Shown here: one piece after another, positions 1-12,412 of the stretch
Numbering within the stretch: position 1 is the stretch's first letter
Layout of the letters: every line of letters starts with the position of its first letter
DNA from: Antedon mediterranea
Taxonomy: Eukaryota > Animalia > Echinodermata
DNA length: 64,000 nucleotides
Direction of reading: 5' to 3'
Assembly (NCBI RefSeq): GCF_964355755.1
Contig: NC_092670.1
Location: forward strand, 37,312,388 to 37,376,387
Made by a program: the position numbers and the translations under genes
Notes under the pieces: generated by a model
Told to the model about the DNA's origin: nothing
What the model saw: the letters and a program-made list of their open reading frames with translations, nothing else
Database searches by the model: none

Positions 1-664
1 AATCCCAGCTCAATACTACAACGAATAAGGGAGGAGTAGTACTTTATAAATCGCACTTTTTACTCAATAGTGTCCAGATGGAGGAGGAGAAAAAGAGTCC
101 TAGACTCGGGTACCCCGAGTAAAAAAATGTATACTCAATAAAATACCAGAAATAGAAAGGTATGGAAAAATTACATACAAAGATTTGTTTTTGTGAAGAA
201 ATTGAAATTGTTAGTTTAGGATTAGGCCTATTCAAATTTACCCCTTCTTTTGCATGTAAAAGAATAGGAAATTACAAGTCGCGAAAAGGCTAGAAAATCG
301 TACATATTGAAAACAAATATAAACAAATATGAGGTATGAGGGATGATTGAAATGTATGAAAAAGAGACATTTTCTGGATGGAGCACCACTTTAACCTATC
401 CTAGAAAATTCAATACTGTTGCTTTCAGATTTTTAAACAGCTCCCTCATGCGATGTATACAATCAGTGGCGCGTATCTACTTTCGACCACTGTTGTTGTG
501 GGATGATGAAAAAAACAGATAGTTACTGGTTGAACAAAATTCATTATGATGACGTAGTATGTATTTAGGCATGCGTAGAAGAAGTCCTGGGTTGGAGGTA
601 TACCACCTTGAACAATAGACAAAGCGACAATGTAAATTATGTAATACTGAAGCACGAATGATTC

Positions 665-3600
665 ATGAACACGATGTTTACAAATTCACATAGAGGTTTA
701 GCTTTGGTTGTTGCTGGTTTCTCTCTAAATTTGTCAGTGCTAGGAATCACATTAAATTACAACATTCTCCATCTGAAGCTGCAGGAACAATTTAATGCAA
801 CGGCCAGTGAGACCGGTAAGTATGGTATGTTGTCTTGTCCAGGGAGGTAAAAATACATCCCTGATTGTCACATGTATGGCACGCCAGGACGGACATAAAA
901 ACTATGTCAAGTTGACCTCGCACTTGTTATGTTGATGCATACTGACAACCTGACCTGAACATTTGCTATGTTATGTTAAATATATTTGTTTCAAAAAAAT
1001 AGTCGAAGTAGTAGGGATCCCCTGCCATGTGGTTGACATTACATGGTAAAACATGATCGCCTCGCTTGTTTGAGGGTTGATTGTGTCGGTATAATTAAGT
1101 CCTTTTAAAAGGGTGTCTCGAGGGAGGGTTCTATTCTATTGTATACAATGGCATCATGAAGTGAATGATGAAAGGTTATATTGCAACGAGGAATTTATTT
1201 AGGTGTTTTATATTATATTAATAATACTTTTTACAGGCTTAAATTACATTTGTACCAATAAATCAAGCAGTTTAATTTGAAAATTCTTTTCGGAAAAGCT
1301 GGCTAATATATCGTCACTTCCCCTACGGGGCGCCGTCCGACACACAAACCTATTCTGTCTTACAAAAACCAACATTAATTTTATCTTTTACAAACCATGG
1401 GTTTTGAAGGACAGAATATGTAGTGTGTCAGACGTCGCCCGGCATCCCCTTCTCCTCTTCTAAAAATCAGGGCCCCTCGTGTTTGACTGACTGTCATTGT
1501 ATCCCTACAAATCTGAATCGCAAATGGGGGATGTGGGAAGAGCAAAAGGTTCATTTTTTAGGCCTCTAGGCCTGACATTTTCAAAGTATAATTGCAATTT
1601 ATGAAGACCTGCAGCTCTAAGTGTTCTAGCTCAGCCTAACTTTAAGAGCTGGTCATGTAAACCTAATTTCGTTTCATATTTTAATGTACTGCAATTTCCG
1701 GGGACCCATCAGCCCTATTTTTTTCAAAATAGCTAAGCCCCAAACATAATAGTTAATACGGCTGGTCTCGAAGACCGTCTCATATGTTGATTCATATTAT
1801 ATCCAAGTATAGGCCTATAATCCAATTTCCGGGGATCTAGCAACTATATTTTTCAAAATGTTCTTATGTCCATCCCAACCATGGTGGGCTGATTCTGTAG
1901 ACTTATAATATCGTTTCATATATCAATTTATAAGTGCAGCTTTATTTTTCAAAATTTTCTTACAGATCAGTCCCGCATTTACAATTTTCGCCAGACAGCA
2001 ACCAGCCTACACCGTACCTATGTTTGCCTCTTTTCAACAAAAAGGGGCTGTGATCATAGCGAACAAAATAATTTGGCTGCTGGCTGCCGCACAAAAATAT
2101 TACATGCATTTTTTAGCCAAGCTATATATCTGTGTTATATTATGTGTACTGGGTAATAGGCCCGCATTATTAAGATGAATGTTTGTATTTGTAATAAACA
2201 CAATCCATGGCACATTCTACTTAGTAATATAACGATCGTCGGTGCAATTCGAACGCACCTGATAGTATGGCGCGCCAAGCTGGGCCTATATGATATACCC
2301 AAATACTACGTCAGTACCTGAAAAATCAATAATTAGTGATGACGTGCTTGTCTTGCCTCACTACTATTTAAAAACAAATTTTGCAGGTATAGTTGGTGGA
2401 GTTGCTGTTGGACTTTGGAGTATTGCCTCCCCACTCTCAACGTTCCTCTGCCAAGTGTGTAGCCCCCGACTTGTCGTTATCGCCGGAGTCGTTATGTGCG
2501 GTTCAAGTCTCGTCGTATCCACTCTTTTATCACAGTTTAGCTATTTGATTTTCTCTTACGGAGTATTGTTTGGCGTAGGATCAAGCTTTGTACACATTGC
2601 TCCACTCTATCTACTGGTCTTCTACTTCTCTGGAAAGCGTTACAACCGAGCATGCGTTGCTATTCTCGTGGGAATAGGAGCAGGTAAGTAATTCAATGTA
2701 GTTTTATTTGGAGTTGTATTATTTTCGTCAAGACGCAACCATGTGCTGGAATGGCCTGGATGTAGGCTATCAGTAACACGATCATCATTATTTATAATCC
2801 CGCTGCACACATTCCGGCAGTGGCAGCACGTCGACCAAGATAAACAGTACTGTCCAGGCTAGTCTGGGTTCCAAACGGAGTTTTGACTTGATATATTAGT
2901 AAAAAGATAAATATTTGGCACATATGGCGTTTCATACGTATACTACTTGTAAACGCCTTGTATTTTCAGACAAAATTCGGTCCGGCCCTAATCAATATTT
3001 CAGAGCTTGTGTTACCGATGTTTTTTCGTGTTCGTCTATTTTGACATTTCATGTATACAAGTAGGCCTACATGTATCTAACGATTTAATTACTTTTATCA
3101 GGTGTTGCTATAACTTCGCCTTTACTGGAAAGATGCTTTTCGGTTTACGGATTTTTCTACACTTTACGAATGTACGGTGCATGTACAATATGCATCGGAT
3201 TGACGGCGTCATTAGCAATGGGAAAGCCAAGATTGACACGAACTAAGACTTGCAAGTACGGCCCAATCGGAAACGCAAAAAACGACCACGTTAATGATTT
3301 AAGTTTAAAGTTAATAAACCATTCAGTATCAGCAGAGTTAAGAGAAAAACAAGATAGTAACGATTTCAAAGATGAGAGAACAGAGACCAATAGGCCTAAA
3401 GATAAAGAATTACCATTCTGCGAAGAGAAAACTAGCAAAAAAATCTTGTTACAGGAATTAGAGATGGAAAAGCCAATATTGAAACAAAATTGCAACGGTT
3501 CAATATCAAACACCAAAGATCACCAGGAGATAACTAATGAAATTAAACATTCAGTGCCGATAGAGTTAAAAGCAAAACAAGAAAATAATGATTTTAATGA

Positions 3601-4159
3601 TGAAAATATAATTAAAGATATAGAATTCAGGGAAGACAAGATTAGCAAAATAATCTTGTTAAAGGCTATGTTAAAGAGTTCTAATTTTTGGATATGTCAA
3701 CCGATGTTTTTTCTTTATTCAATTGGAATCACATTCAGCTTTGTGAGTGCGGTAAGATAGGCTTATTACATAATTATATATATATAATATATGAATGAAG
3801 GGCTAGTGTTGCCCGAAAGCTCTGCTAACTTTTCTGGCTGTTTTACTTCTCGTTTTGATTTAGCTTTTCGCTTTTATTTTGTATCTTCATTGAGATCCAG
3901 CCACTGATACCCACAGCATTGTCATTTTTTTCAGTAATTTGCCTTTGGATTTTTATATATATATATGTACCATGAAAGCCCCAGTGGTCTAATGGTTAGG
4001 ACAACTGCATATCAAGCAGGCGGTCCGAGTTCGAGTCTCGATTGGGGCGACTTTTTTCTCATTGTCACAGATTTCCTCATCTTTATCGTTTCAAATTAAT
4101 TAATTCAATTTTCAGTATATCACCGGGCGGTTTAAAATTACTGTTCTTTGCCTGATTTG

Positions 4160-4193
<34 letters not shown>

Positions 4194-5204
4194 CAGCGAA
4201 TACAGCAGTATACAATAATTACTTCAAATATGTGTACTATCTAGTGGGCATTATACAGCATACATGGAGATTGCCAATTATGTCAAAGGTTGATTTGTAA
4301 CCTTATTTATAATCTAAATGACAGTGTTTTGAATTTTGTTGATTGTTCTTACAGGCGAACTTTATGGATGAGAAGGGTATATCGTCAGAAGAAATTGCGC
4401 GTACATTGAGTTTCATGGGATTTGGTAGTCTGATTACGCGCGTAGGTTTCGTTGTCATCGCAAGTTGTCTGCCCGTTTCGATAAAATTCATTATTTCGAT
4501 TTCGAATCTTCTTCTCTGTGTCATTTTAATTGTGCTGACCTTTGACATTTCCAACTCATTTGTTATTCTGTTATTTATAGGTAAGTTTTATAAAGATACG
4601 TTGCTGCTAGTCTTGTTTTCCACTATAACCAGAACGCGCGTCAGCTCACTCATCTGTGACAATTACAGTTGATGGCGATGTGTGAAATTTTGTCAAATAT
4701 ATCATTTCAGGTCTCAGTATACCGAGGGCTCTGTGCATGGTACTTCCGCTGCCCGTTTGCGTAGAGTTATTTGGGAAACGTATATCAACGGAGGCTGTGT
4801 CGGTTGCTTACTGTTTCTTTGGTATTGGATCATTAGTTAGCCAAGCTGTAACAGGTGAATATAGTAGACATTTTAAATAAAAATAAAACAAAAGTAGACC
4901 TACAGTATATAACAATATTGATAATTAACACTCTATATCTGATTCCATTTCCCATAGATAGATTGTTTAAAGATAGTAGGCCTACCCGATTGTAAATGAA
5001 TCCTGACTCAAACCCAGCACATTAGTGAACCACTTGATGTTTTCTAAATGATTCATGAAATTAATTCTCTTTCTCATTTTAGATAATTTGTACGATCTAA
5101 CTGGATCGTACGATACGGCGCTATACACGTGCAGTGGGCTCTTCATTGTGTGTACAATTTCGTTTGGTGTTGTTATTTTGAAATCGAGGCAAAAACAAAA
5201 CTAA
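665..5204 (+). CDS. SLC16/monocarboxylate-transporter-like MFS protein, tandem copy 1 (about 529 aa)
   Basis: join(665..815,2387..2683,3102..3751,4355..4580,4711..4854,5083..5204); GT-AG introns with matching phases, 1590 nt open. SLC16-like segments: EQFNATASETG, SYGVLFGVGSSF, YFSGKRY, long TM6-7 loop, VELFG, LYDLTGSYD. Confidence 0.85.
3791..3954 (+). mobile_element. 5'-truncated Penelope-like terminal-repeat fragment with minimal hammerhead ribozyme remnant
   Basis: Insertion flanked by (TA)n and absent from intron 3 of copies 2 and 3. Begins ATGAA-GGGC-TAGTGTT-GCCC-GAAAGCTC (stem II, GAAA, palindromic AGCT); the 5' CTGA of the core is missing. Confidence 0.5.
3978..4049 (+). pseudogene. 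tRNA-like cloverleaf (Asp-like, anticodon ATC) heading a (TA)n-flanked element spanning about 3967..4162
   Basis: 72 nt: acceptor GCCCCAG/TTGGGGC, D arm GTCT/GGAC, anticodon arm ACTGC-ATATCAA-GCAGG, T arm CCGAG-TTCGAGT-CTCGA, then T6 at 4052-4057. Two stem mismatches and an atypical anticodon loop argue against a canonical tRNA. Confidence 0.65.
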
Positions 5205-5397
5205 GGATAACGATACTAAAAGTCTTCAGCACCAGCAGTGGACAATCCGTCGTCTCCTCTACACCAAACCAATACACACACCGTTACCGAACTGCTGCAG
5301 CACCAATTAGTTACGTCATTTTTCAGAAGAACACAAAGATAGACAACATAATTATGGTTCAGTAAACTCTGACAGAGAGAAACTCTAACAGTTTGGT

Positions 5398-5482
5398 AAA
5401 GTTTATTAGGTTAGTCTAGTTTACTAGGTTAGTCTAGTTTACTAGGTTAGACTAGTTTACTAGGTTAGGCTAGTTTACTAGT
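5398..5482. repeat. 18-bp tandem repeat (AGTTTACTAGGTTAGTCT) x about 4
   Basis: Visible tandem units downstream of copy 1; shorter versions at about 11340 and 15950. Confidence 0.7.
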
Positions 5483-6166
5483 GTAGACTAAGCACACTAA
5501 TTGTTTAGTCTACACAATGATATTGAGCAAACTTTGAGTAGACTAGGCTTTTAGAAAACGTGTTTTTAAACTGATCTCCACTACACTAGTAAACTTTTAA
5601 AAAACTTGGGTGTTTGCTCGAGTTGGCCAGTCTTGACGTACGTGCCAAATTTAAACTATATATTTTACTCCTGTTTGAAGGACCATGGAGGGAAAATGGG
5701 TTTTTTTCTCCGTGGAAGGGACTTACCTTATCTTCTGTGTTACTAAAGTCTTCTGCAAGATCACATGATCACTGAACACGCTGCTGAATAGCCTCATATT
5801 CTTTCACTTGTCGGAACTGATTGTGTGGACTGTTTGTGCTTTTGACAATACAATACAAGGGATAATAATAGATTTTATTATTTTAAAGCAAGGATATATA
5901 AATACAAAACTACCTCATAGACAATTTACCTACGTTTAGATATAAATAAAAAACAGAATTTTATACTTTTTTAAGCTTAATATATTTCAACAGACATGTT
6001 TGTAGCCATAGTTACAATTGACTAGACTAGAAGAGCTTGACTGAAAGTCCCACGAGTCGCAATTGGCCAATCACACAAGTGGTGGCAGTTCGGACGATCC
6101 ATCGCGTCGCATTGGGTAAAATGACATGCGTACCAGCCGTCTCCTGATGTTGCAAACTCAGTGAAC

Positions 6167-6363
6167 GAGCCGCTGCTGGACTCACGAGCCGCTGCTGGAC
6201 TCATGAGCCGCTGTTGGACTCACGAGCCGCTGCTTGACTCACGAGCTGCTGCTTTGACTTACGAGCCGCTGCTGGACTCAAGAACCGCTGCTGGACTCAC
6301 TTGCCGCTGCTGGGCTCACGAGCCGCTGCTGGACTCACGAGCCGCTGCTTGACTCACGAGCCG
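6167..6363. repeat. 19-bp GC-rich minisatellite (GAGCCGCTGCTGGACTCAC) x about 10
   Basis: Directly visible head-to-tail units without spacers. Confidence 0.92.
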
Positions 6364-7217
6364 TATATATTAAACCAGTGTATTTGCTAACAACTGTATT
6401 GTAAAGACAATGACAACTTCTTTTATTTTCTTTGTGCGATGAAATGATTTTTTTTTTTAATGGTAAAATTGTTAATCATTGTGCTATAAAAGAAAGAACC
6501 CCATTATAAACATTAAATCACTGATGATGATGCAGTCATTTTCCTGTTTAAATTGATTGAGAAGACTTGATTGATTGTATCCATTTGGCATTCTATACGA
6601 AATTTTTAAATAAATCTGGTCACTCTTATAATTCAGTCATGTACCTGGTATACAGGCCATATATGTCGTATTGTAAACGTTTCAGAAAAAATGCGAAGAT
6701 GAGCCTCAAACATAACTTACTATAGCTTTTAGACGGACATAAGCATGATAGAGTCAATATATACCGAAGTAGCTAAAATATAGCAATAATCACAGTATAT
6801 GTTTTAAATACAGGTACTATTAACCTGTCCTATATTATTTATGAACCTATTTTCGATTCGAATTCTTGTTTTATGAATTATTTATTTTGACGTGGTGGTT
6901 GAAGAGGAACACAAGAAAAATGGAGTTGGTACTACGCTCTGCATTCAGCAGAAATATACGAAAATCGGACTAATATACGGTAAGAGGTGTCTGGTTTGAT
7001 TAATGATTTCCTTTCAAGGCCTGCAGAAAATAGAGAAAGTGTTTTTGCTTTAGTTTTATCGGGTTCAGATATTTCTGTAAACAAACAGCTCCCTCATGCG
7101 ATGTTACTGGTTGGACAAAGTCCATTATGATGACGTAGTATATTTAGGCATGCGTAAAAGTCCTGGATTGGATGTAGGAGTATGGAGAATGTTCCTTGAA
7201 CATTTAGACAAGTGACA

Positions 7218-10200
7218 ATGTTTACACATTCAAATAGAGGTTTAGCTTTGGTTGTTGCTGGGTTCTCTCTAAATTTGTCGGTGCTAGGAATCACATTAAA
7301 TTACAACATTCTCCATCTGAAGCTGCAAGAACAATTTAATGCAACGGCCAGTGAGACCGGTAAGTACACAGTACTGTAGTAACTTTATCGTATGTTTGTA
7401 CAGTGTTCGCATATATTGATTGACACAACGATCGTGTTATACTTAAAACCTGACCTTGGACATTAATTTTTTGTTTTTTTTGTTGTTGTTGAGATCAGGT
7501 CATCGTGTCCTGGAGGCCCCATTGTTATTCTAGTCCACATCATTCACAAAGTGATAAATAATTCATCTTAAATATATATTTTTTCTAAAATATAGTAGAA
7601 GTAGAAATCCTTGGCCTGGGGTTGACATTACATTGTGTGTTAAAACATGATCTCCTTTACTTGTTTGTTCACGATTTATAATTTGTTCTCTTAAAAAATC
7701 CTTTTAAAAAAAGGGTGTCTCAGGAAGAGAGGGGTTATATTTTTTCATAGGCTTAAATTACTTTTGCATTGAACAACACTTGTACAAACAAACCAAAGGC
7801 CTAATTTGAAAATTCTTTTCGGAAAGCTGGCTAATCTATCGTCACTTCCCCTACGGGGCCCCGTCTGACACATACTATTCTGTCATACAAGGCAACATTA
7901 TTTTATCTTTTACAAACAAAGCCATTTTTTTAGTAGACAGAATATGTAGTGTAGTAGTTTGACTGACTGTCAATTGTATCTCTACGTAATCTGAATACCA
8001 AAAAATTGGGTTGGTGGGGGGGGGGGGGGTGCGCGAACGGTGGAGTTGTGGCTTGGTGGTTATGATGCTTGGCTACCACTCCAAGGGTCCAAGTTTCAAG
8101 TTTCAAAGGTTCAAATCCCGTCACATGTCAGGATTTTTTCTAAGGACAAAATTATAATCCATTCCCAAAGACGTGTAATAAGACTTTGTTTAGGCCTATG
8201 TAGAGCATATTGTGTATATGTTTGTCTTGTGAACCTGTATTTGAACTCTATTTTTCACATTTTCTTAGGTCCATCCCAACCATGGTAGGGCTGGTCATCC
8301 CTGGAGACATATTTGGTTTCATATTTCGAGAGTAACTATAATAAGTCCGCGGGTAGACTTTTCGTTTATACATCAATGTATAAGTGCAATATCCGGAGAC
8401 CTAGCAGCTCTATTTTACAAAATGTTCTTACAGATCAGAAGATCAGTCCTACACCCCACCCCCCGGCAGCAAAGCTAGATCTGTGTTATATGTGTTAATA
8501 GGCCCGCATTATTAAAATGAATGTTTGTAATATTTGTACGAAATTCGAACGCACATGATAGTATTATGGCGCGGCAAGCTGGGCGCGCCATATGATATGC
8601 CTAAATAACTAGTACAGTACCTGGAAAATCAATAATTAACGAGTGATGACGTGCTTGACAATATTTTGCAGGTATCGTTGGTGGAGTTGCTGTTGGACTT
8701 TTCAATATTGCCTCCCCACTTACAACGTTTCTCTGTCAAGCGTGTAGCCCCCGACATGTCGTCATCGTCGGAGCCATAATGTGCGGTTCAAGTCTCGTCG
8801 TATCCACTTTTTTATCACAGTTTAGCCATTTGATTTTCTCTTACGGAGTATTGTTTGGCGTAGGATCAAGCTTTGTACACATTCCTCCACTCTATCTACT
8901 GGTCTTCTACTTCTCTGGCAAGCGTTACAACCGAGCATGCGTTGCTATTCTCACGGGAATAGGAGCAGGTAAGTAATAGCATGTAGTTTCATTTTAAGTT
9001 TGTATTATGTTTGTCAAGACGCAACCATAAAATGTGTAGCTCGATCAGGCAGTGGTAGCGCGTCGAACAAGATAAAAAGTACTGCCCGCCCATGCTAGTC
9101 TGGGTTCCAGAAGGAGTTTTGACTTAATATATTAGTAAAATTTTAGAAATATAAATACTTCGGCACATATGCCGTTTCATACATATACTACTTGAACTAG
9201 TAAACTCCTTGTATTTTCAGACAAATATCGAAACGTCGAATGGTGGACTAACTAAAAAAAAAAACAATACAGACTTGGGGCAAGTCTATGCCCAGACCTA
9301 GCCTATAATCAATATTTCAGAGCGTGTTTTTTTCGTGTTCGTCTATTTTGACATTTAACTGTATGTATCTAACGATTTGATTCCTTTTAACTTTTATCAG
9401 GTGTTGCTATAACTTCGCCTTTACTGGAAAAATGCTTTTCGGTTTACGGATTTTTCTACACTTTACGAATGTACGGTGCATGCACAATATGCATCGGATT
9501 GACGGCGTCATTAGCAATGGGAAAGCCAAGATTGACAAAAACTAAGACTTGTAAGTACGGTCCAATCGCAAACTCCAAAAACGACCAGGTTAATGATTTA
9601 AGGTTAAATTTAATAAACCATCCAGTATCAGCAGAGTTGAAAGCAAAACAAAGAAGTAACGACTTCAAAGGTGAGAAAACAGAGACTAAAGATAAAGAAT
9701 TACCATTCTGCAAGGAGAAAATTTGCAAAATAATCTTGTTACAGGAATTAGAGATAGAAGAGGCAACATTGAAAAAAAATTGCAATGGTTCAATATCAAA
9801 CACCAAATACGACAAGGAGATAACTAATGAAATGAAACATTCAGTGCCGATAGAGTTAAAAGCAAAACAAGAAAATAATGATTTCAATGATGAAAACAAA
9901 ATTAAAGAATTAATATTAAGCGAAGAAAAGATTAGCAAAATAATCTTGTTAAAGGCTATGTTACAGAGTTCTAATTTTTGGATATGTCAACCGATGTTTT
10001 TTCTTTTTTCAATTGGAATCACATTCACCTTTGTGAGTGCGGTAAGTAGGCTTATTACATAATTATAGGCTATAGATATTTACAGCGAATACAAACAGTA
10101 CTTCAAAATAAAACCTTACTTAACATGGTGTACTAGGCTATCTACAATGTAGCCTACAGCAAACATTGAGTTGATCTGTAGCCTATGCTTAGGCCTATTT

Positions 10201-11194
10201 CAAATAAACAATTGTGGGATAAATCTAAATGAAACAGTGTTTTGGGTTTTTGTTTTGTTCTTACAGGCGAACTTTATGGATGAGAAAAGTATGTCGTCAG
10301 AAGAAATTGCACGCACATTGAGTTTCATGGGAATTGGTAGTCTGATTACGCGAGTAGTTTTCGTAGTCATCGCAAGTTGTCTGCCAGTTTCGGTCACATT
10401 CATTATTTCGATTTCGAATCTTCTTCTCTGTGTTCTTTCAATTTTGCTGACCTTTGACATTTCGAACACGTGCGTGACTGTGTTATTTATAGGTAAGTTT
10501 TATCAGGGAAGAGTGTTCACTCTTACGTTCTAACCAAAAACGTAATGTTTGAGCGTCGTCAAGCATTCGCCGTCCGCGCGTCAGCTCACTCATCTGTGAC
10601 AACAGTTGATGGCGATGTGTAACATAATTATTGTCAAATATATCATTTCAGGTCTCAGTATACCGAGGGCGCTGTGCCTGGTACTTTCGCTGCCCGTTTG
10701 CGTAGAGTTGTTTGGGAAACGTATATCGACGGAGGCTATGTCGGTTGCTTACTGTTTCTTTGGTATGGGATCATTAGTTAGCCAAGCTGTAACAGGTGAG
10801 TAGTAGACGTTTTGTTTTTATCTTCCCATTTAAAATTTACGCAAATAAGCGCAATACAAATAATAATAACACTGTATATCTTGATTCCATTTCGGTCATA
10901 GATAGAATATTTGTTTAAGATAGTAGACCTACCCGAGTGTAAATAAATCCTGACTCAAACCCAGCACATAAATAAATGATTTGGGGTTTTCAAAATTATT
11001 CGTACAATTCTTCTCTTTTTCTCATTTTAGATAATTTGTACGATCTAACTGGATCGTACGATACGGCGTTATACACGTGCAGTGTTCTTTTCTTTGTGTG
11101 TACACTTTCATTTGGTGTTGTTATTTTGAAATCAAGCCGAAAACAAAACAAAGAATACAAATCATGTTATTCTAAATATCTTCAGCACCAGTAG
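7218..11194 (+). CDS. SLC16/monocarboxylate-transporter-like MFS protein, tandem copy 2 (about 537 aa)
   Basis: join(7218..7359,8672..8968,9401..10041,10267..10492,10652..10795,11031..11194); same exon structure as copy 1, 1614 nt open; starts at the second Met (MFTHSNRG) because the MNT start is deleted. Confidence 0.85.
8040..8233 (+). mobile_element. tRNA-derived SINE, family S1
   Basis: A box TGGCTTGGTGG and B box GGTTCAAATCC; aligns along its length to the inverted copy at 47581..47755; absent from intron 1 of copy 1. Confidence 0.8.
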
Positions 11195-11580
11195 TGGACA
11201 AACCGTCTTCTCCTCTACACCAAACCAATTACAAACCGCCACCCTGCGTTGAGTAACGTCATTTTGCAGAAGAAACACAAGAAAGCATGATCCAGTAAAC
11301 TTTCTGGCAGAGACAAATTAACTCTAAAAGTGTGATAGAGTTTGTTAGGTTAGGCTAAGTTTACTCGGTTAGGCTAAGTTTGCTAGTGTAGACCAAAACA
11401 AACTTTAGCAGTGCAAATTCGAATAGTTTCTTTTTATTTTCTTTGTGCTATGAAATTATTGTTTTAAAATAAACATGGAACATTTTAAACAATTGTGCTA
11501 AAATGATGGTGCAGTAATGTTTCTGTTTTAAATTGATTGAGAAGACTTGATTGATTGTATCTGTTTGGCATTCTATCGAT

Positions 11581-11670
11581 CTCTACAGCACCTATGATGG
11601 TTGGTCGGTCGGTCGGTAAATACTAACTCAAATTTGAGCACGCAACTGAAGCCATGTATATGGCCTTGTT
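11581..11670 (+). mobile_element. Helentron-associated (HINE/DINE-1-like) element, 5'-truncated
   Basis: (GGTC/GGTT)n core, 3' hairpin GCCATGTATATGGC then CTTGTT; absent from the paralogous spacer at about 6595. Confidence 0.65.
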
Positions 11671-11971
11671 TAAAATAAATCTGGTAACTCGGTAGTTTAC
11701 AGATCAATGGTCGAATTGTAATATAAACCAAAGGACGTTGGAGAGGAACAAAAGAAAAATGGAAAATATCGAATGAATATAGTAAAAGGAACCCTTCGGC
11801 TTTTAAAGAGAAAATAATAATTCTGTCCTGTATTGTACCCTACCATCTGTAGGGTGCTTTGAGAAACTGTAGCCTACTAGATTAGTCTTGGTGCTGATAT
11901 CAAGGATGCAGCAGCACCAGTTGCAATTAGAACTGGTTCATCAGATTTGCAGTCCGCACATGGTCCGCTTA

Positions 11972-12128
11972 ATTTCCACTTAGGCGAATTTGTTCGCAAG
12001 AATCGAAATCGCTATATAAGCATGTGTTGCGTCTCGTATTCATGTTTCCATCTTCAAAATCCTTCTCTACGCATGCGTATAAGCTGACGCATTTGATTCG
12101 CGCTAACAAATTCGCCTAGTCGGAAAAT
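11972..12128. mobile_element. MITE with about 25-bp terminal inverted repeats
   Basis: TTTCCACTTAGGCGAATTTGTT ... AACAAATTCGCCTAGTCGGAAA. Confidence 0.65.
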
Positions 12129-12412
12129 CGGTCTAGGCATGGTTTTAGGTCCCATGATCTATCTGGTCAACCTGATCCTGAGATTCCTTTCGGGATCAGA
12201 ATTCACTCAGAAATATACGAACGCGAACTAAATATAAGAGGTTTCTGGTTTGATGAGTTATGTCAAAGAATATAATTCTTTGGTTATGTTTACTTGACTC
12301 TGGTTGGCTATCTCGACTGATAAATGCCCGTAGATATGATTGAACAAATATAGGCTAGACAGATACAGTAATAAAAAGCAGCGGATGATCCTTGTTTATA
12401 ACTCCATGATCC

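Noticed and set aside
3978-4049. Functional tRNA-Asp gene
   Set aside because: ATC anticodon, A at loop position 32, stem mismatches and location in a copy-specific insertion favour a mobile tRNA-like element.
5398-5482. Interstitial telomeric repeat
   Set aside because: The unit is 18 bp with only a GGTTAG fragment, not (TTAGGG)n or (TTAGG)n.
6161-6363. CRISPR-like array or repeat protein (HEPLLDSRAAA)
   Set aside because: Head-to-tail units with no unique spacers, no cas genes, eukaryotic context; the ORF is a by-product of the minisatellite.
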